Part shown: positions 50,974 to 61,561 of the stretch, one piece after another | Numbering within the stretch: position 1 is the first letter of the stretch | Layout of the letters: every line of letters starts with the position of its first letter | Assembly (NCBI GenBank): GCA_046347515.1 | Contig: JAXMFZ010000007.1 | Location: forward strand, 49,859-113,858 | Length of the DNA stretch: 64,000 bases | Source of the DNA: Gammaproteobacteria bacterium | Lineage (GTDB): Bacteria > Pseudomonadota > Gammaproteobacteria > Competibacterales > Competibacteraceae | Reading direction: 5' to 3' | Notes under the pieces: model-generated | What the model was told of the DNA's origin: nothing | The model's database searches: none | Seen by the model: the letters and a program-made list of their open reading frames with translations, nothing else | Position numbers and translations under genes: made by a program

Positions 50974-51951
50974 ATGCTATTGCACCGCATCGCGAAACGG
51001 TTGGGTTGGCTAGCAGTGTTGGTTGGCGCAATATCCGCGGCGCAAGACTATCCGAGCAAGGCCATCACCATGGTCGTGCCGTTCGCCGCCGGCGGCCCGA
51101 CCGACACGGTAGGACGCTTGATCGCTCAAGCCATGGGCACGACGCTTGGCCAGCAGATCATCGTGGAGAACGCCGGCGGCGCCGGTGGAACCTTGGGCGC
51201 GGGCCGGGTGGCGCGGGCGGACGCTGACGGCTACACGATTTTGCTGCACCACATCGGCCAGGCGACCAGTGCGACTTTGTATCGCAAGTTGCCGTACCGC
51301 CCGGCGGATGGTTTCGAACCGATCGGTTTGATCACCGATGTGCCGATGACGCTAGTGGCGAGAAAGGATTTTCCCGCCGACGACCTCAAGGGCTTGCTCG
51401 CCTACGTCAAAGCGAACAAGGATAAAGTCACGCTCGCCAACGCCGGCGTTGGTTCGGCGTCGCACCTGTGTGGTCTGTTGTTCATGAGCGCCATCGACAC
51501 CGCCCTGACCACCGTGCCGTACAAGGGTACCGGCCCAGCGATGAACGATTTGCTCGGCGGCCAAGTCGATCTGCTATGCGACCAGACCACCAATACCACC
51601 GGCCAGATCAAGGGCGGCAAGATCAAAGTCTATGGCGTCACCGCTAAAACGCGCGTGCCGGCGCTGCCGGAGGTGCCGACCCTGGGCGAGGCGGGTATGC
51701 CTGGTTTCGAGATTGCCGTCTGGCACGGACTCTACGCGCCCAAAAATACGCCCAAGGAAGTGATCGGCAAACTCGCCGGCGCTTTGCAAGCGGCGCTCAA
51801 GGATCAGAACGTGATTCAGCGCTTCGCCGAACTCGGCACCGCACCGGTGAGCCCGGAGCGCGCCACCCCGGAGGCGCTCGCCGCGCACTTGAAGGCCGAG
51901 ATCGAACGCTGGGCGCCGATCATCCAAAAAGCCGGTGTCTATGCGGATTGA
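50974..51951 (+). CDS. tctC: Tripartite tricarboxylate transporter substrate-binding protein (Bug family)
   Basis: Signal peptide then Bug-family core (...MVVPFAAGGPTDTVGRLIAQ..., ...NAGGAGGTLG...). Confidence 0.8.
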   Translation: MLLHRIAKRLGWLAVLVGAISAAQDYPSKAITMVVPFAAGGPTDTVGRLIAQAMGTTLGQQIIVENAGGAGGTLGAGRVARADADGYTILLHHIGQATSATLYRKLPYRPADGFEPIGLITDVPMTLVARKDFPADDLKGLLAYVKANKDKVTLANAGVGSASHLCGLLFMSAIDTALTTVPYKGTGPAMNDLLGGQVDLLCDQTTNTTGQIKGGKIKVYGVTAKTRVPALPEVPTLGEAGMPGFEIAVWHGLYAPKNTPKEVIGKLAGALQAALKDQNVIQRFAELGTAPVSPERATPEALAAHLKAEIERWAPIIQKAGVYAD

Positions 51952-52004
51952 AGGGTGATTTTTCCCGCGCTCCGGCCCTCTCGAAAAGGGACAGGGAAAA
52001 CCCC

Positions 52005-52457
52005 ATGATACGCAACCCCAAGGATTTTTGGAGCGGATTGATATTCCTCGCGTTTGGGATGACGGCGGTGGTGCTGGCGCGCGATTATGGCATGGGTTCG
52101 GCCACCAAGATGGGGCCGGGTTATTTTCCGACCGTACTGGGCACACTGCTCGCGCTGATCGGCCTGGCGACAGCGACCCGCGCGCTGTTCAGCACCGGCA
52201 CCGGCATCGGGGCTTTCGCGCTTCCGGGGATGTTGCTGGTGACCGGCGCGACCGTGCTGTTCGGCCTGTTGTTGCGCGGCGCGGGTCTGGTGCCGGCGCT
52301 GATCGTGTTGGTGCTCGTCAGCGCGTTCGCCAGCCGCTATTTTCGCTGGGGGCCGGCGCTCGCGCTGGCCGCGGGGTTGGCCGCGTTCAGCGCCCTGGTA
52401 TTCGTGCAAGCCTTGAAGTTGCCGATGGCCTTGTTCGGCCCATGGTTGCGCGCTTAG
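52005..52457 (+). CDS. tctB: Tripartite tricarboxylate transporter small membrane subunit
   Basis: The 150-aa ORF has four TM helices. Start at MIRNPK. Confidence 0.65.
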   Translation: MIRNPKDFWSGLIFLAFGMTAVVLARDYGMGSATKMGPGYFPTVLGTLLALIGLATATRALFSTGTGIGAFALPGMLLVTGATVLFGLLLRGAGLVPALIVLVLVSAFASRYFRWGPALALAAGLAAFSALVFVQALKLPMALFGPWLRA

Positions 52458-52466
52458 GCGCAGACT

Positions 52467-53966
52467 GTGGACTTGCTCGCCAATCTTGCCCTGGGCTTCA
52501 GCGTTGCCCTAACACCTTGGAACCTGTTGTATTGCCTGGTCGGCGTATTGCTCGGCACGCTGATCGGCGTGCTGCCAGGCTTGGGGCCGGTGGCGACCAT
52601 CGCCATGCTGCTGCCAGCGACTTTCGCCCTGCCGCCGTTGTCGGCGCTGATCATGCTCGCCGGCATCTACTACGGCGCGCAATACGGCGGTTCGACCTCG
52701 GCCATCCTCATCAACCTGCCGGGCGAGTCGTCGTCGGTGGTGACCGCCCTCGATGGTTACCAAATGGCGCGCCAGGGTCGGGCGGGGGCGGCGCTCGCCA
52801 CCGCCGCCATCGGCTCGTTCAGCGCGGGCACTGTCGCTACTCTGCTGCTGGCCTTGTTCGCCCCGCCGCTTGCCGACATCGCGCTCAAATTCGGCCCCGC
52901 CGAATATTTCTCGCTGATGGTGCTAGGGCTGGTGGCCTCGGTGGTGCTGGCGCAAGGTTCCCTGTTGAAAGCGTTAGGGATGATCGTGCTGGGGCTACTG
53001 CTCGGTTTGGTCGGCACCGATATCAATTCGGGCCTGCCGCGCTATACCTTCGATCGGCCTGAGCTCGCCGATGGCATCAGCTTCGTGGTGGTGGCGATGG
53101 GTATGTTTGGCCTCGGCGAAATCATCCGCAACCTGGAGCACGCCGAGGCGCGCAGTTTGCTGATGAAGCGGGTAACGGGTCTGTGGCCGACGCGCGACGA
53201 TTTCAAGCGCATCGCCGCGCCCATCGCCCGCGGAACTTTACTGGGGTCGGCGCTCGGGATTTTGCCGGGCGGCGGCGCGATGCTGGCTTCGTTCGCGGCG
53301 TATTCGCTGGAAAAGAAAGTTCATCGCGGGCCGGTGCCGTTTGGTCAAGGCGCGATCGAGGGCGTGGCGGCGCCGGAGTCCGCCAACAACGCCGGCGCAC
53401 AGACCTCGTTCATCCCGATGCTGACCTTGGGCATTCCGTCCAACCCGGTGATGGCGCTGATGATCGGCGCGCTGATCATTCATGGCATCCAGCCCGGCCC
53501 GGCGGTAATGAAGGAACAACCAGAGCTGTTCTGGGGCATCATCGTATCGATGTGGATCGGCAACCTGTTTCTGGTGGTGCTCAATCTGCCGTTGATCGGG
53601 CTTTGGGTGAGGCTGGTCAGTGTGCCTTACCATTTCCTCTATCCTGCGATCCTGGTGTTCTGCGCCATCGGTGTGTACAGCCTCAACAACAACGTCTTCG
53701 ACGTGTATCTGATGGCCTTGTTCGGCCTGCTCGGCTATGTGCTCGTCAAGCTCGACTGCGAGCCCGCGCCGATGCTGCTGGGGTTCATACTCGGGCCGAT
53801 GATGGAGGAATACCTGCGCCGGGCGCTCTTGCTGGCGCACGGCGATCCGCTGGTGTTCGTGCAACGCCCGATCAGCGCGGCGCTGTTGATCATGGCGGCG
53901 TTGGCGCTGGTGGCGGTGCTGAGTCCGGCGATCCAGGCGAAGCGCGAGGAAGCGTTCCAGGAGTAG
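52467..53966 (+). CDS. tctA: Tripartite tricarboxylate transporter large membrane subunit
   Basis: The 499-aa polytopic membrane protein has the TctA family motifs (...GVLPGLGP..., ...GIPSNPVMAL...). Confidence 0.8.
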   Translation: MDLLANLALGFSVALTPWNLLYCLVGVLLGTLIGVLPGLGPVATIAMLLPATFALPPLSALIMLAGIYYGAQYGGSTSAILINLPGESSSVVTALDGYQMARQGRAGAALATAAIGSFSAGTVATLLLALFAPPLADIALKFGPAEYFSLMVLGLVASVVLAQGSLLKALGMIVLGLLLGLVGTDINSGLPRYTFDRPELADGISFVVVAMGMFGLGEIIRNLEHAEARSLLMKRVTGLWPTRDDFKRIAAPIARGTLLGSALGILPGGGAMLASFAAYSLEKKVHRGPVPFGQGAIEGVAAPESANNAGAQTSFIPMLTLGIPSNPVMALMIGALIIHGIQPGPAVMKEQPELFWGIIVSMWIGNLFLVVLNLPLIGLWVRLVSVPYHFLYPAILVFCAIGVYSLNNNVFDVYLMALFGLLGYVLVKLDCEPAPMLLGFILGPMMEEYLRRALLLAHGDPLVFVQRPISAALLIMAALALVAVLSPAIQAKREEAFQE

Positions 53967-53987
53967 ATTGCCCGTTCTAGCGCAACC

Positions 53988-55310
53988 TTGATGAATCCTA
54001 CCGCTATCGAAGCCCATCTCAAACTGGTGATGATCCAATGGCTGATCATCATCTTTTGCGCGCTGGTGTTTGGCCGGCTTGGCAAACGCCTCGGTCAGCC
54101 GCTGGCGGTGGGCGAAATCCTGGCCGGGCTCCTGCTGGGGCCTTCCGCGCTGGGGCTGATTTGGCCCGTCGATTGGCCGCCGCTGTTCCCCGCCAAGACC
54201 CAGGAGTCGCTGCAATTGCTTGGCAAAATCGGGTTGATTCTGCTGCTGTTTCAGGTCGGTATGGAATTCGACTACCACCATCTGCGCTCGCGCTCGCGCA
54301 TGGTGGGCGCGATTTCGTGCATGGGCGTGGTCGGGCCGGTATTGGCCGGGCTCGCGCTCGGGCCGTGGCTGCATGCGCATTTCGCGCCGCAGATCCATAT
54401 GCTCGGATTCATGATGTTTCTGTGCATCGCGCTGTCGATCACGGCATTGCCGATCATGGGCCGCATTTTGCTGGAAATGCGCCTGGAGCGCACCGCGCTC
54501 GGCGCGGTAGCGATCAGCGCCGCCGCCATCGATGACGTAGTGGGTTGGATCGGACTGGCGGTGATTACCGCGTTGGCGCAGGCCCGCTTCAGTTGGGCGC
54601 CGATGCTGGCCCAGATCGCTGGCGTCGCCGGCCTACTGGCGGTGCTGCTCGGGGTGGTGGGGCCGCTGCTGCGGCGCTGGTGGCGCCGTATCGCCCACAG
54701 GCGCGGCGGCGCAGAACTGACGCCGCTCTACCTCGCGGTGCTGCTGTGCGCGTTGTTTCTGTGCTGCATCGCTACCAATATGCTCGGCGTGTTCTCGATT
54801 TTCGGTGCGTTCCTGCTCGGCGTCGCGCTCCATCAGGAACGGGGCTTGGTAAACGCCTGGCGGGCGCGGTTCATGGATTTCGTGCTGGTGGCGCTGGTGC
54901 CGATTTTTTTCACCAACACCGGCTTACGCACCGAGATCGGCGCGCTCGATTCGGGCCTCGCCTGGCTCGCGTGCGCGCTGGTGCTGATCGGCGCGGTGGC
55001 GGGTAAATTCGGCGGCTGTTTTCTCGGCGCGCGCTTCACCGGCGCGTCCCTGCGCGACAGCCTGTGTACTGCCACCCTGATGAATACCCGCGCCCTGATG
55101 GCGCTGGTGGCGATCAATGTCGGTTATGACTTGGGGTTGCTCACGCGCGAGTTGTTCACCATGCTGGTGATCATGGCGCTGATCACGACCGCCATGACCG
55201 GCCCCCTGCTCAGGCTCTGGCTGCCGCCCGAACTGCGCGTGTTGGAGCGGGGAGAGGTGCTTCTTCATGACCCCACAAGCGCCTTGGCGGCGCGAGCTTC
55301 TCGCAGATGA
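53988..55310 (+). CDS. Cation:proton antiporter (CPA1/CPA2 Na+/H+ exchanger family)
   Basis: The 440-aa ORF has about 12 TM segments with KefB/NhaP-like N-terminal motifs (...LGQPLAVGEILAGLLLGPSALGLI...). Confidence 0.7.
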   Translation: MMNPTAIEAHLKLVMIQWLIIIFCALVFGRLGKRLGQPLAVGEILAGLLLGPSALGLIWPVDWPPLFPAKTQESLQLLGKIGLILLLFQVGMEFDYHHLRSRSRMVGAISCMGVVGPVLAGLALGPWLHAHFAPQIHMLGFMMFLCIALSITALPIMGRILLEMRLERTALGAVAISAAAIDDVVGWIGLAVITALAQARFSWAPMLAQIAGVAGLLAVLLGVVGPLLRRWWRRIAHRRGGAELTPLYLAVLLCALFLCCIATNMLGVFSIFGAFLLGVALHQERGLVNAWRARFMDFVLVALVPIFFTNTGLRTEIGALDSGLAWLACALVLIGAVAGKFGGCFLGARFTGASLRDSLCTATLMNTRALMALVAINVGYDLGLLTRELFTMLVIMALITTAMTGPLLRLWLPPELRVLERGEVLLHDPTSALAARASRR

Positions 55311-55378
55311 CTCAGCGTGCCACATTCTCCCTGTGCCACACTGATCCTGTGTAACACAGCCAGCGAAGCTAAGCCGTC

Positions 55379-55615
55379 ATGGCCAATTTAACCATTACCA
55401 TTGATGTTAATGATCAAGTCCTGCAACAAGCCCGGCGCCGCGCCCTGGAGCAGGGCACGTCGGTAAACGCTGTTGTGCGCGAATACTTAGAGGGTTATTC
55501 CGGCGTCGAAACGCGCTATCGAACCGCGACCGTTCGCCTCCTGGAATTGGCTAAGCAATCACAGGCAGCCAGCCGGGGCAGAAAGTGGACGCGGGACGAA
55601 CTGTATGAGCGCTAA
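55379..55615 (+). CDS. Type II antitoxin, probably a ribbon-helix-helix (VapB-like) protein
   Basis: The 78-aa ORF is immediately upstream of, and 2 nt from, the PIN-domain gene. Confidence 0.55.
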   Translation: MANLTITIDVNDQVLQQARRRALEQGTSVNAVVREYLEGYSGVETRYRTATVRLLELAKQSQAASRGRKWTRDELYER

Positions 55616-55617
55616 AG

Positions 55618-56037
55618 GTGTTCGCCGACACCAAGGTATTGGTTTATGGTTATGATGCCAGCGAACCTGAAAAGCAAACCGCAGCGCAGGCGCTGATCGA
55701 GCTCTACGGCGCCACGGGCGATTTGGTGATCAGCACCCAGGTGTTGCAGGAGTTTTTCGTTACGGTCACCCGTAAGTTGGCGCAGCCCTTGACGACCGAT
55801 AACGCCTACGAAATCGTCCAAAATCTTGCCGAATATCCACTGGTTCAGTTAGATAAAGCCATGATACTGAGTGCGATCCGGCGTTCCAAAGTGGATAAGC
55901 TGGCGTTCTGGGATGCTTTGATCGTCGAGGCAGTGCTCGGCGCTGGATGTGAAACGCTGTTTAGCGAAGACATGCAAGCGAGTCGTGAGATTCAAGGTCT
56001 CACCATTCGCAATCCGTTTAGCTCGGATACGCATTAA
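55618..56037 (+). CDS. vapC: PIN-domain toxin (VapC family ribonuclease)
   Basis: GTG start. The 139-aa ORF has conserved acidic residues in ...FADTKVL..., ...FWDALIV... and ...SEDMQ... Confidence 0.7.
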   Translation: MFADTKVLVYGYDASEPEKQTAAQALIELYGATGDLVISTQVLQEFFVTVTRKLAQPLTTDNAYEIVQNLAEYPLVQLDKAMILSAIRRSKVDKLAFWDALIVEAVLGAGCETLFSEDMQASREIQGLTIRNPFSSDTH

Positions 56038-57036
56038 GCTTGTGTTTTCAGCTTCACCTGGATCGCCGCTGCATTCGGCAGATAACCCAGCGCGCCGCGC
56101 GCAGTGGTCGAGAGCGCCGCCGCAATCGAGGCTCTGTGGGCGGCTGCCATGGTATCCAGGCCATTCAGCCAGCAGGCGAGGAAGGCCTGCGAAACAGTCC
56201 CCTGCGCCGGTGCTGTCGACGGTCGCGACCGGCGTTGCAGCGATTGCAATCGGCGCTTGCTGGGGCGTGATCACGATACAGCCCTGGCTGCCCAGGGTCA
56301 GCAGAAACAGCGTACCGGTGCGGGCGGCGAGGGCACTGAGTTGCGTCTGCCAGGCCGCGCGGTCGCCGCCGAATACGGTGGCCGCGCAGCCGCGATTGAT
56401 GAACACCACATCGAACCCCGCAGCCAGCGCTGCGAAGCGGGTGGCTTGCAGATAGGCCGCTGGCAATTCATCGACATCCAGCGACACGGTCCAGCCCGCC
56501 TGGCGCGCGCGTTTCAGCATCAGGATCGCGCCCGGCGCGTGGAAGCCGTCGGCGTGGATATGCCGGCGGCCTGGCTCTGCGCGCGCGGCTTCCACACGCT
56601 CACCGATACGGCCGTAATCAAGCCGGCTAGGCTCGCTCAGGATGGCGCGTTCACCGCTGGCTTCGACCAGGATCAGGCACAGGGTCACGCGCGGTCTAGA
56701 GGTGCGATCCAGCCAGGCGGTCACGACGCCATGCCGTTGGATTTCTGCTTCCGCCCAGACGCTGTCGGCATCCTCGCCCAGCGGCGCGATCAACTCGGCT
56801 CGCAGCGCCCACGGCGGGCCGAGCGCGGCGGCGGCGCAGGCGACATTGACCGCCATCCCGCCCAGGGTTTTGGAGAAGCCGGTGGTCATGATACGGTCGT
56901 CGCGCTCCGGAAGGCGCGGCACCGGCGCGATGATATCGACGTTCAAGCAGCCAACCGCGACGAGCAGCGGGTGTACGCTGGCATGCGGGGGGAACAACGC
57001 GAGGTTTCTCGTGGCTGGCGCCTGATTTGCACGCAT
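56034..57036 (-). pseudogene. PfkB-family carbohydrate kinase (ribokinase-like) with a C-terminal frameshift
   Basis: The N-terminal 300 aa are in one frame through ...TGAGDCFAG. The genuine C-terminus (FLACWLNGLDTMAAAHRASIAAALSTTARGA...) lies in another frame (56034-56249). Confidence 0.6.
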
Positions 57037-57108
57037 CGATTTCTAGTATATGCTGAAATAGCAATGACCTTGTAAGCCTGCATCTGCGGCGGGCAAGTTT
57101 TTGATTAC

Positions 57109-58053
57109 TTGAGGAGCAACAATAACATGAAGAATATGACGTCAGTATTAACGGGTGCTTTGATCGCGCTGAGCGGGTTCGCCGCCGCGCCGGTTTTGGC
57201 CCAGACCATCGCGCTCGTGCAATACAATCAGCAAGCCCTGTTTTTCACCGAAATGACCAAAGGCGCGCAGGAAGCCGCCGACAGCGTCAAGGCCAAGCTA
57301 GTGGTGTTCGACGCCAACAGCGATCCGGCGGCCCAGAACAACGCCATCGAAACCTACATCCAGCAGAAAGTCAACGCCATCGTGGTCGAGGCCATCGACA
57401 CCAATGGCATCATGGCGGCGGTCAAGCAGGCGGCGGCGGCCGGTATTCCGGTGATCGCGGTGGATGCGATCCTGCCCGAAGGCCCGCAGCTTGCCCAAGT
57501 CGGCGTCGACAACTACAAAGCCGGGGAACTCATCGGCAAGACATTCTTGGAATACGTCGACAAGAGCATGGGTGGTAAAGCCAATGTGGGCATCGTCGGC
57601 GCGCTCAATTCCACCATCCAGAATATCCGCCAGAAGGGTTTCGAGGACACCATCGCCGCCAACAAGAACGTCAAGGTGGTCGGTGTGGTCGACGGCCGCA
57701 ACGTCCAGGAAAACGCCATGTCCGCCTCCGAGAACCTGTTCACCGCCAACCCGGGCATGAATGCGGTCTACGCGACCGGCGAACCGGCGCTGATCGGCGC
57801 GGTGGCGGCGGTCAATGCCCAGAACATGGGCGACAAAATCAAAGTCTTTGGCTGGGATCTCACCCAGCAATCCATCGATGGCATCGACAAAGGCTTCGTC
57901 ATCGCCGTGGTGCAGCAATCGCCCTATGGCATGGGCAAGGCGGCGGTCGAAGCGGCGCTCACCGTCATCAAAGGCGGCAAAGTGGACAAGGTCGTCGGTG
58001 TGCCGGTGACCATCGTCACCAAGGATAACGTAGACAAATTCCGCAGTAAGTAA
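57109..58053 (+). CDS. Sugar ABC transporter substrate-binding protein (RbsB-like)
   Basis: Signal peptide then a type I periplasmic-binding fold (...IPVIAVDA..., ...VFGWD...). Confidence 0.75.
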   Translation: MRSNNNMKNMTSVLTGALIALSGFAAAPVLAQTIALVQYNQQALFFTEMTKGAQEAADSVKAKLVVFDANSDPAAQNNAIETYIQQKVNAIVVEAIDTNGIMAAVKQAAAAGIPVIAVDAILPEGPQLAQVGVDNYKAGELIGKTFLEYVDKSMGGKANVGIVGALNSTIQNIRQKGFEDTIAANKNVKVVGVVDGRNVQENAMSASENLFTANPGMNAVYATGEPALIGAVAAVNAQNMGDKIKVFGWDLTQQSIDGIDKGFVIAVVQQSPYGMGKAAVEAALTVIKGGKVDKVVGVPVTIVTKDNVDKFRSK

Positions 58054-58081
58054 GTCAGTCAGGCGACACGATTCTCAGCCG

Positions 58082-58895
58082 TTGGTTGAGGAGGTTTCCC
58101 GCGTGGCCATGCCGGCCGGCGCTGACCCTGATCTAATGCGTTATCGGGTGGCGATGCGGGGTATAACAAAACATTACGGCGCTATCCAAGCCTTGCGCGG
58201 GGTCGATCTCAGCCTCGCGCCAGGCGAAGTGCTCGGTTTGGTGGGAGACAACGCCGCCGGCAAGTCCACTCTCACCAAGATTCTCGCCGGCGCGGTCCTA
58301 CCCGACGCCGGCGAGATTTTCATCGATGGTGCGCGCGCGCACTTCACTTCACCCGCCGATGCGCGGCGCCGTGGCATCGAGATGGTCTATCAGGATTTAT
58401 CGCTGTGCGACACCATCGACGTCGCCGGCAATCTGTTCCTCGGTCGCGAGCCGCAGCGCAACTGGCTCAGTTTGCCGATTGCTCGACAACCCGCCGCATG
58501 CCACCGCGCCGCCACCGCCATTTTGCGCAACCTCGACATTCACATCGCCTCCACCCCGGTTCAAGGTCGGCAATCTGTCCGGCGGCCAGCGCCAGTCCAT
58601 CGCCATTGGCCGCGCCGCCGCGTTCGACCCCTCGGTGTTGATCATGGATGAGCCGACCTCGGCGCTGGCGGTGGCCGAAGTGGAGGCCGTGCTCAGGCTG
58701 ATCCGCCGCGTCAGGGACGCGGGCGTGGGCGTCATTCTGATCACCCATCGCCTGCAAGACATCTTTCGGATTTGTGATCGCGTCATGGTGCTGTACGAAG
58801 GCCAGAACGTGGCCGAGCGCGCCATCCACGACACTAGCCTGGAGGATTTGGTGCGCCTGATCGTGGCCGAGCGCCACGCCGTCGCCGCGCACTGA
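58082..58895 (+). pseudogene. Sugar ABC transporter ATP-binding protein (single ABC domain), disrupted by frameshifts
   Basis: Walker A (GDNAAGKSTL) lies in the 58082 frame. The ABC signature LSGGQRQSIAIGRA and Walker B (LIMDEPTSAL) lie in the 58326 frame. Confidence 0.6.
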
Positions 58896-58900
58896 TCGGC

Positions 58901-59887
58901 ATGATCGAAGTTGTCAGCGCGCGCGCAGCCCCTGACCGCTGGCGCGTATTCGTGCTGGAGAACGCACCGGTGCTCAGCATCGCGCTGTTTTTCCTGCTGG
59001 TGTGCGGTTTTTTCACGGTGACCGCCGAGGCTTTTCTGAGCGAGGGCAATGTCCTCAATCTGCTGCGCCAGAGCGCACCCATCCTGATCGTCGCGGTGGC
59101 GATGACCTTCGTCATTACCACCGGCGGCATCGATCTTTCCATCGGCTCCACGCTCGCGCTGATCAACGCATTGTGCGCCATCGCCATCGGCGCCGGTATT
59201 GCGTGGCCGCTGGTCATCGTGCTGATGCTGGTGGCCGGCGCGCTGATCGGCGCCATCAACGGCTATTTCACGGCTTACGAACGCATCCCGGCATTCATCG
59301 TCACCCTGGCGAGCTTGAGCGCGGTGCGCGGCTTCGCGCTCCTGCTCACCAAGGGATTCTCGATACCCATCGCGGCCAGCGGCTTTGTCGAATTAGGGCG
59401 CGGCTGGGTTTTCGGCGTGCCGCTGCCGGCCCTGATCGCGGTCGTCATCGCGCTGATCGCTTTCATCGTGTTGCGCGCGACCCGTTATGGTCGCTACGTC
59501 ACCGGCATCGGCGCCAACCGCGAGGCGGTGCGGCGCGCCGGCGTCAACGTCAAACGCTTAGAGCTTACGGTTTATGTACTCACCGGCGTCGCCGCCGCAC
59601 TCGGCGGCGTGATCATCGCCGCGCGCCTGGGGAGCGGCTCCAGCAACGCGGGTGTCGGCTTCGAACTCGATGTGATCGCGGCGGTGGTGCTGGGGGGAAC
59701 CAATCTGTTCGGCGGGCGTGGCACTATCATCGGCACGGTGTTGGGCGCGCTCACCATCGCGGTGATCGGCAACGGCCTCATTCTTGCGCATATCTCGCCG
59801 TATTTCACCCAGATCGTCGCAGGCGTCATCATTCTGACCGCGGTCTGGTTGAACACGCGCTTGTTCCAACCAGCGCGGCGAGGTTGA
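58901..59887 (+). CDS. Sugar ABC transporter permease (RbsC-like)
   Basis: The 328-aa ORF has about 9 TM segments and branched-chain/sugar permease family motifs. Confidence 0.75.
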   Translation: MIEVVSARAAPDRWRVFVLENAPVLSIALFFLLVCGFFTVTAEAFLSEGNVLNLLRQSAPILIVAVAMTFVITTGGIDLSIGSTLALINALCAIAIGAGIAWPLVIVLMLVAGALIGAINGYFTAYERIPAFIVTLASLSAVRGFALLLTKGFSIPIAASGFVELGRGWVFGVPLPALIAVVIALIAFIVLRATRYGRYVTGIGANREAVRRAGVNVKRLELTVYVLTGVAAALGGVIIAARLGSGSSNAGVGFELDVIAAVVLGGTNLFGGRGTIIGTVLGALTIAVIGNGLILAHISPYFTQIVAGVIILTAVWLNTRLFQPARRG

Positions 59888-59901
59888 AGAAGGGTGAAGA
59901 G

Positions 59902-60952
59902 ATGACGACACAGCCAGCTACGGTCATGACCGTGCGCGGCCCGATTACCATCGACCGGCTTCGGCGTCACCCTGATGCACGAGCACATCCTGCTGGATGC
60001 CTCCAGTTGATGGCATTGTCCGAGTTGCGCCGAGCGCCTGCGCATCGCCGAGCAAAAAATCGCCATGAACATTCTCGGCGAACTGCGCATGGACCCGTTT
60101 CTCAACAAGGACAATTGCATGCTCGACAATCCCGACCTCGCCGTCGCCGAACTCGCCAGTTCAAGGCGCTCGGCGATGCTACCGTGGTCGATCCGGCCAA
60201 CGTCGGCATCGGGCGCAATCCGCAGGCACTCGCCGAGATCAGCGCCAGGAGCGGCCTCAATATCGTGATGGGCGCCGGCTTTTACTTGGAAGGTTCGCAT
60301 CCGGCGCGGGTGAAAGACATGGACCGCGCGGCCATCGCCGATGCCATCGTCCGCGAGGCCGAAGTGGGGGTAGGGGACAGCGGCATCCGCATCGGCATCA
60401 TCGGCGAGATCGGCGTCAGCGCCCAATTCACGGCCGCGGAAGAAAAAGTCTTGGGTGGCGCGGCGCGCGCCGCGGTGCCTGAAGTTGCCGTTATCGGTGC
60501 ACTTGCCGGGCTGGGAGCGCCACGCCCACCGCGTGCTGGACGTGGCCGAGGCCGAGGGTTGCGATCCGCGCCAGATCGTGCTGTGCCACATGAACCCGAG
60601 CTTCGCCGACCCTCAGTATCAGCGGGCATTGGCGCGGCGCGGCGCGTTTCTCGAATACGACATGATCGGTATGGATTTTTTTTATGCCGACCAGCAAGCG
60701 CAATGTCCCTACGACGAGGACAACGCCCGTGCAATCCGCGCGCTCATCGATGATGGTTACATCGATAAACTGCTGCTGTCGCAGGATGTATTCCTGAAAA
60801 TGATGCTGACCCATTATGGCGGTTTCGGCTATGCCTACATCCTGCGCCATTTCGTCCCAAGATTGAAACGCCACGGAGTGACGGACGAGCAGGTCATGAC
60901 CCTCATGACCGCCAACCCGCGGCGGGTGTTCAGCGCACCTTACCAGAGTTAG
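59902..60952 (+). pseudogene. Phosphotriesterase-family (PHP/YhfV-like) metal-dependent hydrolase, disrupted by at least three frameshifts
   Basis: Segments MTTQPATVMTVRGPITIDRL / (G)VTLMHEHILLDAS / ...GRNPQALAEISARSGLNIVMGAGFY... / C-terminal ...LSQDVFLKMMLTHYGGFGYAY... are in different frames. Confidence 0.6.
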
Positions 60953-60970
60953 GCGTTGCGCGATGCCTGC

Positions 60971-61561
60971 TCAATCGTCCGGGCTGTTGACCAGCTCGAT
61001 GATGCCACAGGCGATGCGCGCGCCGCCCGCACAACCGGCCACCGCGCCATCGGGGCAATAAGTATCGGGGTTGGCGTGGATAATGATGGCGCTGCCGTCC
61101 GTATCGAAAATACTGAGCGGCCCTGGCGCAAGCGTCACCCGCGAGGTGACAGTGTTCAACTGGCCTCTGCCGTCACGGCCACGCGCTTCGAGGTTGACGA
61201 GATCGCCAGAATGATAAGGATGGTTGCCATCGGGGCTGGAGGCGCCGAACGGACCGGGGTCGAAATGGCCGCCGGCGGCGCCGCACGGCGTGCAGTTGCC
61301 GACCTCGTGGATATGCACGCCGTGCTGGCCGATCGGCAGGCCGCGCACGCGGATATTCACCCGCACCTGTTTGACGCCCTCGTCGGAGGGTTCCTCGAAC
61401 AGAAAAGCCCGTCCCGTAATATTGGGGTCGGTGCAGCCGTGGATTTCGGCGACCGCCCGCAACGGTTGCCGGTCATCGCCATGTTCGCCCGCCAATACCA
61501 GCGGGCTTGCGCCCAAGAGTGCGACGGTAGTGATCACTTTCATCAACGACGATTGCATCAT
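60971..61561 (-). CDS. sodC: Superoxide dismutase [Cu-Zn], periplasmic
   Basis: Signal peptide then Cu/Zn ligand motifs (GVHIHEVGNC, ...GGHFDP..., ...HSGDL..., CGII). Confidence 0.85.
   Translation of the reverse strand: MMQSSLMKVITTVALLGASPLVLAGEHGDDRQPLRAVAEIHGCTDPNITGRAFLFEEPSDEGVKQVRVNIRVRGLPIGQHGVHIHEVGNCTPCGAAGGHFDPGPFGASSPDGNHPYHSGDLVNLEARGRDGRGQLNTVTSRVTLAPGPLSIFDTDGSAIIIHANPDTYCPDGAVAGCAGGARIACGIIELVNSPDD

Noticed and set aside
59002-60753. 583-aa ORF spanning the permease and hydrolase genes
   Set aside because: It is an out-of-frame read-through across two genes, with a low-complexity Arg/His/Gly-rich translation. The real genes are the RbsC-like permease and the frameshifted PHP hydrolase in other frames.
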